Source of the DNA: Gemmatimonadales bacterium
GTDB lineage: Bacteria; Gemmatimonadota; Gemmatimonadetes; Gemmatimonadales; GWC2-71-9
Direction of reading: 5' to 3'
Assembly: GCA_039794085.1 (NCBI GenBank)
Contig: JBDIWC010000064.1
Coordinates: 1 to 19,158 of the forward strand
Length of the DNA stretch: 19,158 nucleotides
Below the pieces are notes generated by a model. The model saw only the letters and a program-made list of their open reading frames with translations. It was not told the DNA's origin and ran no database searches. Position 1 is the stretch's first letter, and each line of letters starts with the position of its first letter. The position numbers and the translations under genes are program-made. This document shows positions 7,587 through 14,976 of the stretch, piece by piece.

Positions 7587-8933
7587 TCACCTGTTACACA
7601 CGGCTCGCGCCTGTGACGTCAGGGTCACGGGTAGCGACGTCCCATTCACCTGACCAAGCGACACGAGGAACAGCGTTAACCTGCCATCACCTCCCTTACT
7701 CAACACCGGGCTGAGTTCTGACCTGATCCCCAGGAGCGGGTGCACGCGCCACTCCGCCGTAGCAGGATCATAGAATCCGTGAAGGTACTCATCCACCTCG
7801 TTGGCGGACACGAATACGACGTGGATCCGACCCGCCTCGTCAACCTCCGCACTCAGGGCTGCAAGACCATTTCTCCAGCCCAGGCTGGAGGCCGCAATCC
7901 ACGTCCTCCCCTTATCGTATGACCGATAGAGTCGGATTGAATCTGCGACGAGGGCGTCGGGTGATCTGTGCATCCACACAATGCTGATTACGCCAGCCGA
8001 ATCAACGAGCGGTGTCGGCGCCGAAGCTGACCCCATGCCCGAACGCAGCAGAAGCTGCGGTTGCCCCCACTTAGGGCCCAAGCCGTCCGCAATTGCGGTG
8101 AACACACTGTTGTGATCGGGCAGATTGAGGTCGGAGTCGACAGATAGAAACGTTGCCAGAAGCTTGTTGCCGTGTAGCCCCCGCAAGGTCGAATGCGCGC
8201 TGATCCGTTTCAACCCACCCGGCTGGAACCGCCATTCATTACCCTGCGCGGTTCCCAAGAGCAGCTCCTTCGGACCCCCGTCTCGTTGGCGCGGGACCAT
8301 GGCGAACACTCCGTCATCAGTGGCCACCACCGATGGATCAGCGATGTTCCATGCCAGCCCGTCGAATACGCCTACGAGCACAGGGGTTCTCCATGAATCT
8401 CCCTGGTGGACCCATTCCCAGACCGCATTACTGCTATCAAGAGATGCTGCCATCACCCGGACACCCGCGTCTCTTCGACCACTGGCCCCGTGCGTCTTGA
8501 ACTGGTGCCGACCGTCACTGCGCCACCGCCCCGGTGCCTGTGCCTTCAGGACGTCAATCCGAAGGTCGGGACGGAGGCGGCCCAAAAACGACAATCGACT
8601 ATCCGTTGACGCTCCCACCCACCATCGGTCACTCCACGTCATGATCGTGTCACCCAGAAGGTAGTTATCGCCCAGGAGTCGCGGCCTTTCGACGTACACC
8701 AACTCGTCATGAGGCGTCAGCAAGGGAGTCGGCTCACTCCATACGAACTCGCAGCCGACCGGGACCTGAGCGCGCAGCATCGAAACAGAAAGGCTCAGGC
8801 AACAAGTGATCGACCAGGCCCACCCCCGTCTTCCACCTCCCCCCTTGATCTCATGAAGCGGCCTGGCCCAAGAACCCGCCTCTGCTTCCGCGCGCAACCA
8901 GGATGGGCCTTGTTTGATCGGCTGCGGATTCAT
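7587..8933 (-). CDS. secreted BNR/Asp-box (sialidase-like fold) beta-propeller protein
   Basis: Asp-box RSYDKGRTW, repeated blade motifs (VDSAGVISIVW, VDEAGRIHVVF, GGDGRLTLFLV), signal-like WSITCCLSLSVSMLRA-Q. Start codon uncertain (ATG 8933 or later). Confidence 0.7.
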   Translation of the reverse strand: MNPQPIKQGPSWLRAEAEAGSWARPLHEIKGGGGRRGWAWSITCCLSLSVSMLRAQVPVGCEFVWSEPTPLLTPHDELVYVERPRLLGDNYLLGDTIMTWSDRWWVGASTDSRLSFLGRLRPDLRIDVLKAQAPGRWRSDGRHQFKTHGASGRRDAGVRVMAASLDSSNAVWEWVHQGDSWRTPVLVGVFDGLAWNIADPSVVATDDGVFAMVPRQRDGGPKELLLGTAQGNEWRFQPGGLKRISAHSTLRGLHGNKLLATFLSVDSDLNLPDHNSVFTAIADGLGPKWGQPQLLLRSGMGSASAPTPLVDSAGVISIVWMHRSPDALVADSIRLYRSYDKGRTWIAASSLGWRNGLAALSAEVDEAGRIHVVFVSANEVDEYLHGFYDPATAEWRVHPLLGIRSELSPVLSKGGDGRLTLFLVSLGQVNGTSLPVTLTSQARAVCNR

Positions 8934-8991
8934 CACGGACTTCCGTTCTCGGAGTGACCAACGGGGAACTTGGGTGTCAACTTGAGAACAC

Positions 8992-9118
8992 AAGGTGCGG
9001 GCCGCAGGAACTTCCCGCAATAGGGAGTTTCCCGCTCCGGGAAAGTACTTACGGGCTTTCCCCTACTCCCCGACCCGGCCCTCCCCCCCTTGCCTATCGC
9101 CCATTGCTGTCGTATTCT
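8992..9118. promoter_or_regulatory. divergent promoter/operator block, second copy
   Basis: Leftward TTGCGG-N17-CACCTT (9020-8992); boxes TAGGGAGTTTCCCGCT, inverted TAAGTACTTTCCCGGA, TACGGGCTTTCCCCTA (9021-9065); rightward TTGCCT-N17-TATTCT (9090-9118). Confidence 0.65.
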
Positions 9119-9208
9119 CAGTACAGGGGTTGACGCCACTACGTGCCAACCTCACCCATCGCACAGCCACTTTCACCAGCTCAACAGGGGGGGGGGAGGG
9201 GTACTAAC

Positions 9209-9490
9209 GTGAGTAACAAGCACCGACTGTCACCACGACGTCGACAGGTGCTCTACGGCATCGCCGAGGGGTTCACGCTGGTGGAGGTCGGCGGGCACTT
9301 GGGGATAAGCCACCGGACCGTGGAGGGCCATGAACAGTGGCTCCGAGCCCGTCTCGCCGCCCGAAACCTCCCTCACCTTGTGAGGATCGCCGCCCGCGTC
9401 GGTCTCTTGGAGGATCCGGAGCTGACCCAGTGGTGGGGCGATCGGCTGAACCAGCCCCGGGGCACACGCCCTCCACCTCCGCCGGAGTGA
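9209..9490 (+). CDS. stand-alone LuxR/GerE-family HTH transcriptional regulator, 93 aa (copy 3, intact)
   Basis: LSPRRRQVLYGIAEGFTLVEVGGHLGISHRTVEGH...LAARNLPHLVRIAARVGLL fits the LuxR C-terminal HTH pattern; GTG start after GGAGG. Confidence 0.9.
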   Translation: MSNKHRLSPRRRQVLYGIAEGFTLVEVGGHLGISHRTVEGHEQWLRARLAARNLPHLVRIAARVGLLEDPELTQWWGDRLNQPRGTRPPPPPE

Positions 9491-10140
9491 AGTTCGAAGG
9501 TCGAAGTTTGAAGTTTGAAGGGGCGCACTTTGCGGTTCAGACTCTTCTGCGCCCTTGCGCCATTGCGTTAAGGTTTTCCATGACATCATGGTCCAGACGA
9601 CAGGAAGTACACCCGCGGCGTTCTCAGATCTCTCGCTTCGCTCGGGATGAAGATTGACGGATGTGTGAAGTAGGAGGTTCGAAGTTCGAAGTCTGAGCCG
9701 CTCCGCTACCCCTCTGCGTCATCGGCGTCATCTGTGGCTTCCACCTTGGGAAAGGGCACCGCAGAGAGCACGGAGGATCGCCGAGATCGGGAGCTTTTGA
9801 TGGGGGGTGGAGGGGCCCCCATCACAACCGGAACCAGAGGACCCGAGATCGGGAACCCGTCGCGGGAGCCGCCAACCCTCCGCGTCCTCCGCGCCCTCAG
9901 CGGTTACATCCGGTGCGGGGGGGGGCACCAGACTCTTCTGCGCCCTTGCTCCTTTGCGTTAAAAAGTCTGTCCCATGAACATCACAGTCCGGACGACGGG
10001 AAGTACACCCGCGGCGTTCTCAGATCCCTCGCTTCGCTCGGGATGACGCTCCGCTGGCGGGAAGGGCTCCGATTTCCTTCGCGCCTTCGCGCCTTTGCGT
10101 TGAGGCAGTTCCATGAAGATCAACGCCCGGACGACGGGAC
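9488..10140. repeat. composite intergenic repeat mosaic
   Basis: Heptamer arrays, a roughly 115-bp direct repeat (9538-9652 and 9929-10048) ending in a CGTC-type REP hairpin, and the inverted-repeat element at 9757-9905. Confidence 0.85.
10022..10048 (-). repeat. CGTC-tagged REP-like palindrome
   Basis: Reverse complement CGTCATCCCGAGCGAAGCGAGGGATCT; near copy at 9626-9652, partial at about 5679-5695. Confidence 0.75.
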
Positions 10141-10142
10141 TC

Positions 10143-10167
10143 GGGGCGCGGCACGCCGCGCCCCTAC
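10143..10167 (-). repeat. GTAG-tagged REP-like palindrome; may also serve as 3' hairpin for the peptidase-GAF transcript
   Basis: Reverse complement GTAG-GGGCGCGGC-GT-GCCGCGCCCC; perfect 10-bp inverted repeat, 7 nt past the GAF stop. Confidence 0.75.
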
Positions 10168-10174
10168 AGGCCGC

Positions 10175-10636
10175 CTACAGCAGGATCGCCAGCCCGTCCG
10201 CCACCGTGCGCACCGCCGCCACCTCCTCCTCCGCAAACGTCCCCGCCACGTCGCTGTCGATGTCGATCTGACCCAGGATCAACGCCCCCCGCCGGATCAG
10301 CACCACGAGTTCCGACCGGGTATCGAGGTTGCACGCCAGGTAGTTCCCCACCGCCTGCACGTCCCCCACGTTCTGGTCCTCTCCGGTCGCCACCGCCGCG
10401 CCGCAGACCCCCGTCCCGACCGGAATCCGCACATGACCCGTCTCCCGCCCCGCAAACGCCTCCAGCACCAGGGTATCGCCGTGGAGCATGTAGAGGTAGA
10501 CGGACGTGTACGGCGGGCCCGCCTCGCGGATCCGGTCCGCGGCGAGCTGCAGCAACTCCTCCCGAGTCGCCTCGTGCATGAAGGCTCCGCGCAGCGCCGC
10601 CACCACCCGTTCTCCATCGAGCACCGCCACGGTCAT
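10175..10636 (-). CDS. GAF-domain protein, free methionine-(R)-sulfoxide reductase (MsrC/YebR)-like
   Basis: Motifs RIPVGTGVCGAA, VGDV, NYLACNLDTRSELVV, LGQIDIDS; ATGA overlap with the upstream peptidase stop. Confidence 0.85.
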   Translation of the reverse strand: MTVAVLDGERVVAALRGAFMHEATREELLQLAADRIREAGPPYTSVYLYMLHGDTLVLEAFAGRETGHVRIPVGTGVCGAAVATGEDQNVGDVQAVGNYLACNLDTRSELVVLIRRGALILGQIDIDSDVAGTFAEEEVAAVRTVADGLAILL

Positions 10637-11904
10637 CCCTCCCTCTTGCCAAACGTGACCCGCGCCGAGTGGCGCTCGCCGTTCCGGAGATAGACCACCT
10701 CCACCGTGTCGCCGGGGCGATGGGCCCGGAGCGCCGTGGTCATCGCCATGAGGTCGGCCACGTCGTGCTCCCCTATCCGGATGAGGATGTCTCCCTGCAC
10801 GAGTCCCGCTTGATCTGCGGGGCTCCCGCTCCGAACGCCCGAGAGCCTGACGCCCCCGGGATTGTCGGTCATGTCGGGGATGCTCCCCAGATAGGCCCCG
10901 TACCCGCTGGTGGCACTCTCCGATCCCGCGGGCGGCGCGGGCCGCGGGAGTTCCACCACCGCAAGGCGCTGGGGACGGTTCCCCACCGCCGTCGCGATCT
11001 GTCCCGCGAACGCCGCCACCCGCACGATCCCCTCCGCATCGATCCTCTCGGCGTCGTCACTCGGGCGGTGATAGTCCTCGTGCAGGTCGGTGAAGAGATG
11101 GAGCACCGGAATCCGTGCCGCGTAGAACGAGGAGTGATCGGAGGGGCCGTACCCGTCTCCCTGCGCATGCATGTCGAACTTGGCTTGGACGTTGAGCGAA
11201 TCTAGCAGAGGCCGGAACTCCCGCGCCGTCTCCACGCCGTACACGATGAGCCGGTCATTTCGCAGGCGGCCCACCATGTCGAGATTGATCATCGCCACCG
11301 ACTGCGCGATCGGCACCACCGGTGCCTTGACGTACTCCGCCGAGCCGAGGAGGCCGAGCTCCTCTCCACTGAAGGCGAGGAAGAGGACGGAACGGGCGGG
11401 AGGATGCTCCCGGAGCCGCCGGGCGATCTCAAACAGAGCCGCGGTGCCGGAGGCGTTGTCGTCGGCGCCGTTGTGAATGGCGTTCGACTCGGAATCGAGA
11501 CTCCCCGGTCCCCCGAGACCCAGGTGATCGTAATGGGCCCCGATGATCACATACTCGTCACGGAGCGCCGGGTTGCTTCCGGGGAGGATGCCGATCACGT
11601 TCCGGCCCTGCACACCGCCGAACGGAGTTCCGTGGGCCGCGGGCGCCGAAGGCGACACGGTGAAGGTCTGGAACCAGCCGCCCTCGGGCGCCGAGAGCCC
11701 GAGAGCCGCGAACCGCCGGGCAATGTACAGGGCGGCGCTGTCGGCCCCGGGAGATCCGATGCGGCGGCCTTCGAGGCGGTCCGCCGCCAGGTACGCAACG
11801 TCCGTGGTGACGGTGGAGGCCTGGGCGTGGAGAGTTGGCTGAAGGGGGACGGCGGCAAGGACCAACGCCATGCCGGCCAGAACGAGGCGAGACTGGATCT
11901 TCAT
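10633..11904 (-). CDS. secreted M28-family metallopeptidase with C-terminal PDZ domain
   Basis: Signal peptide; GAHYDHLG, NGADDNASG, SGEELGLLGS, NLDMVG, SDHSSF, DYHRPSD; PDZ YLGSIP...GSPADQAGLVQGDIL. Confidence 0.95.
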   Translation of the reverse strand: MKIQSRLVLAGMALVLAAVPLQPTLHAQASTVTTDVAYLAADRLEGRRIGSPGADSAALYIARRFAALGLSAPEGGWFQTFTVSPSAPAAHGTPFGGVQGRNVIGILPGSNPALRDEYVIIGAHYDHLGLGGPGSLDSESNAIHNGADDNASGTAALFEIARRLREHPPARSVLFLAFSGEELGLLGSAEYVKAPVVPIAQSVAMINLDMVGRLRNDRLIVYGVETAREFRPLLDSLNVQAKFDMHAQGDGYGPSDHSSFYAARIPVLHLFTDLHEDYHRPSDDAERIDAEGIVRVAAFAGQIATAVGNRPQRLAVVELPRPAPPAGSESATSGYGAYLGSIPDMTDNPGGVRLSGVRSGSPADQAGLVQGDILIRIGEHDVADLMAMTTALRAHRPGDTVEVVYLRNGERHSARVTFGKREG

Positions 11905-11984
11905 CAGGACACCCACTTGAATTCACGGGACACCGAACTGACAACCATGGATCATACACCGAAACCGCTCTCCCGTCATCGCCG

Positions 11985-12566
11985 ATGAGCCCCCGGACCC
12001 TGGCGCTGGTTCCCGCCGCGGTGGCGATCAACCTGGTGATCGGGCGGCTGGTGGCCGAGATCGGGCTCCCGGTCTATCTCGACACGGTCGGGACGATGCT
12101 CGCCACCGCCCTGGGGGGACTCGGCGCGGGGATCGCCGCCGGGCTCCTGAGCCAGCTCCTTTCGGGGCTGTTGTCGGGGTACCAGTGGCTCGCCTTTGCC
12201 CCGATCCAGGTGATCATCGCGCTGGCCACCTGGGTCGCGGCGCGCCGAGCGGGATTCCGCGGGGTGCTCCCCGCGGTGGGCTGGGGTCTCATCACCGGCA
12301 CGGTGGCGGGAGCGGTGTCGGCGGTCATCTCCTACCTGCTCTTCCGGGGGGTCACCGCGACGGGGGTCACGGCCCTCGTCTCCCTCCTCAACGGCATGGG
12401 TGTGCCGCTCGACCGGGCGGTGCTGGCGGCGAGTCTCGCCACCGACCTGGCCGACAAGGCGGCGTCGTTTGCATTGGTCGGCTTCCTGCTCGTGTCGCTC
12501 CCGCGCCGGATGCGGGCCCGTTTCCCCCTCGCAGCCCGGGCCATCGGATCGGAACCGCTGTCATGA
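11985..12566 (+). CDS. ECF transporter substrate-specific S component
   Basis: About 193 aa, very hydrophobic, motif LPVYLDTVGT...GAGIAAGLLSQ and DLADK; first gene of an ATGA-coupled operon with T and A components. Confidence 0.85.
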   Translation: MSPRTLALVPAAVAINLVIGRLVAEIGLPVYLDTVGTMLATALGGLGAGIAAGLLSQLLSGLLSGYQWLAFAPIQVIIALATWVAARRAGFRGVLPAVGWGLITGTVAGAVSAVISYLLFRGVTATGVTALVSLLNGMGVPLDRAVLAASLATDLADKAASFALVGFLLVSLPRRMRARFPLAARAIGSEPLS

Positions 12567-13312
12567 CCGAGGGACCATCACCCACACGCCTGCATCCCTT
12601 CACCAGCGCCGTGCTCGCCACCGGCACCGCGATCCTCTCGCTGGCGCTTCCCCCCTGGGAGGGGCCGCTTTTCCTTTTCCTTGTGGTGGCACTCGTGGTT
12701 CTGGCCAGCCGAGTGCGGGGCACGCTGTGGCATGGGTTCCTGCTGGTGGCGCCACTCTGGTTCTTTCTGGTGTTGATCCACGCCGTGCTGGCCGATCCGG
12801 GACCCGACCCGGTGATGATCGGTGGTCGCACCCTGGCCCGGGAGGGTCTCCACCTCGCCCTGGCGCAGGGGAGCCGGCTCGGCGTCATCATCCTGGTGAC
12901 CCTCACCTGGTATCGGACCCTCGACACCTCACGCCTTCTTGACGCCGTGGCCGCCCGGGGAGGGCGGGTGGCATGGACTGGAACCTGGCTCGCCATCGCC
13001 ACGCTCCACACCATCCATCGCTTTCAGGACCGTACCCGGGCCATCCTGGCGGCGCAGCGGGCCCGAGGGCTGCGGCTCACCGGATCCCCCGTGCGCCGGA
13101 TCCGCGCCCTTCGGCCTCTTCTCGTCCCCCTCCTGCTCGGCGCCTTGATCGAGGTGGACGAGCGGGCGTTGGGACTGGAGACGCGGGGTCTCCCCTCCCG
13201 CCGGCCGCGGACTCCCCTGGCATCGCCGCCTATCACATTCCTGGATCACCTGCTCCGCGGGGGAATCGTACTGGCCGTCATCGCCACCATTCTGTACCGG
13301 TTCTTCCGATGA
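12563..13312 (+). CDS. ecfT: ECF transporter transmembrane T component (EcfT/CbiQ family)
   Basis: N-terminal LHPFT, TM helices, two conserved Arg motifs AQRARG and LETRG. Confidence 0.9.
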   Translation: MTEGPSPTRLHPFTSAVLATGTAILSLALPPWEGPLFLFLVVALVVLASRVRGTLWHGFLLVAPLWFFLVLIHAVLADPGPDPVMIGGRTLAREGLHLALAQGSRLGVIILVTLTWYRTLDTSRLLDAVAARGGRVAWTGTWLAIATLHTIHRFQDRTRAILAAQRARGLRLTGSPVRRIRALRPLLVPLLLGALIEVDERALGLETRGLPSRRPRTPLASPPITFLDHLLRGGIVLAVIATILYRFFR

Positions 13313-14151
13313 GGGGCGTGCGCTTCGAAGAGGTCACTTACCGTTATCCGGAGGCTCCCGACCCCGTGATCCGCGGCCTCACGCTCGACCTCGAATGCGG
13401 AGAGATCTCCTGGATCTTCGGCCCGGCGGGCGCCGGGGCCAGCACCCTGCTTGCCCTCGCGTCGGGAGCGGCGCCGCGGCACCTGGGCGGGATCGTGTCG
13501 GGCCGGATCCGGACCCTCGGCTCCGACCCGTCGGCGCCTGCCGCGCTGGCCGGTCGTGTGGCCCAGTTGCTCCCGTCTCCCATGCTCCAGCTCTCCGGCG
13601 TTGCCAACACCGTCTGGGAGGAGGTGGCCTTCACCCCCGCCACGCTCGGCTGGCCCCGTTCCCGGATCACGGCCTCGGTGGATCGCTCCCTCACCCGGCT
13701 CGCGGTGGATCATCTCCGGGACCGCCACCCGGGAACGCTCTCGGGCGGGGAAACGAGACGCGTCCTGCTGGCGGCGCTCTCGGCCACGAATCCCGATCTC
13801 TGGCTCCTCGACGAACCGGCCCTGGCGCTCGATGACGCGGGACGCAACCAGCTGACCACGCTCCTCCGGGAGGAGGCGCGGCGCGGCGCCGCCGTGGTGG
13901 TGGCAAGCGAGGACGCCGATCTCTTCGCCTCGGTGGCGCACCGCCTCGTGTTCCTTTCCGGTGGCCGGATCGCCGCCGACGGACGGCCCGGGGAGGTGCT
14001 GCGCAGCTCTGCGTGCCGGGGAGGCGAGGCGGGAAACACCAGTGTGGCCCTGCTGGCGGAGTCCATTCGACGGCTCATCCCCGAGTCCCCCCGGGCCAGG
14101 GATCCCCTTCCCGTCTTCACGGAGGAGTTTCTGGAACGGTGGCGGAGATGA
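13309..14151 (+). CDS. ECF transporter ATPase (A component) with degenerate Walker A and H-loop
   Basis: GPAGAGAST, TVWEEVAF, LSGGE, LWLLDEP, VVVASED. Confidence 0.9.
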   Translation: MRGVRFEEVTYRYPEAPDPVIRGLTLDLECGEISWIFGPAGAGASTLLALASGAAPRHLGGIVSGRIRTLGSDPSAPAALAGRVAQLLPSPMLQLSGVANTVWEEVAFTPATLGWPRSRITASVDRSLTRLAVDHLRDRHPGTLSGGETRRVLLAALSATNPDLWLLDEPALALDDAGRNQLTTLLREEARRGAAVVVASEDADLFASVAHRLVFLSGGRIAADGRPGEVLRSSACRGGEAGNTSVALLAESIRRLIPESPRARDPLPVFTEEFLERWRR

Positions 14152-14954
14152 CGACACCCCATCTCGATTTCTCTGAGGTCTCCTTCCATTACCGCAACGG
14201 CCCTCCGGTGCTGGACGCCGTCTCCTTCCAGGTGGGAGCCGGCGAAGCCGTGGGCCTCTTCGGCTCCAACGGCGCGGGCAAGACCACTCTCACCCGGCTC
14301 GCGATGGCGTTGCTGCATCCCACGGCCGGCACGGTCACCACACTCGGCACCGGCACGACAGACCGTCACCCGGAAGATTTCGCCGGACCCGTTGGATACC
14401 TCTTTCAGCACCCGGAGGCCCAACTCTTTGCCCGAACGGTGGAGGCCGAGATCGCCTTCGGGCTCGAGCAGAAAGGGGTTGGGCGGGGAGAGACGAGGGA
14501 CCGGACGGCGGAGGTGCTGGAGAGGGTGGGCCTTCTGGACGCCCGACTGGAGAATCCGTGGGATCTTCCGGCTCCGCACCGCCGGCTGGTGGCCATGGCG
14601 ACAATACTGGTGACGGGGCCGAGTCTCCTCATTCTGGATGAACCGACCGCGGGGCTGGACCTGAAAAGCCGGGAACTGGTGCACCACCTCCTTCGGGAGC
14701 ATCTCGGTACGGGAGGGAGTGTCTTCACGGTGACACATGACCCGGTGTTCGCAGCGGAAACCCTGGACCGGGGTGTGGTTCTCGAGGGCGGAAAGATTGT
14801 CCATGACCTCGCCATTTCCCGATTGCTGTCCCGCTCCGCCACGCCCAGTGTTCCTCGGCATCCGCTGTTGGATATCGTTGCGAAGCTTGAGCTTGGAGAG
14901 CGGGAATGGAGACGTGACCGACTCGCTCACCGATTGGCGACTGGGCGTGCATGA
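14148..14954 (+). CDS. ECF transporter ATPase (A' component) with degenerate signature motif
   Basis: GSNGAGKTT, LFQHPEAQLF, signature replaced by LPAPH, LLILDEPTAGLD, VTHD. Confidence 0.9.
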   Translation: MTTPHLDFSEVSFHYRNGPPVLDAVSFQVGAGEAVGLFGSNGAGKTTLTRLAMALLHPTAGTVTTLGTGTTDRHPEDFAGPVGYLFQHPEAQLFARTVEAEIAFGLEQKGVGRGETRDRTAEVLERVGLLDARLENPWDLPAPHRRLVAMATILVTGPSLLILDEPTAGLDLKSRELVHHLLREHLGTGGSVFTVTHDPVFAAETLDRGVVLEGGKIVHDLAISRLLSRSATPSVPRHPLLDIVAKLELGEREWRRDRLAHRLATGRA

Positions 14955-14976
14955 TCCTTGCTTATCGGAGAGCACC

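Noticed and set aside
600..9020. Integron cassette array
   Set aside because: Genes are co-oriented, but there is no integrase and no recognisable attC (RYYYAAC...GTTRRRY) after the stops.
8934..9020. TTG start at 9020 for the 477-aa ORF
   Set aside because: That TTG is the conserved leftward -35 box with no RBS, so the real start is probably further downstream.
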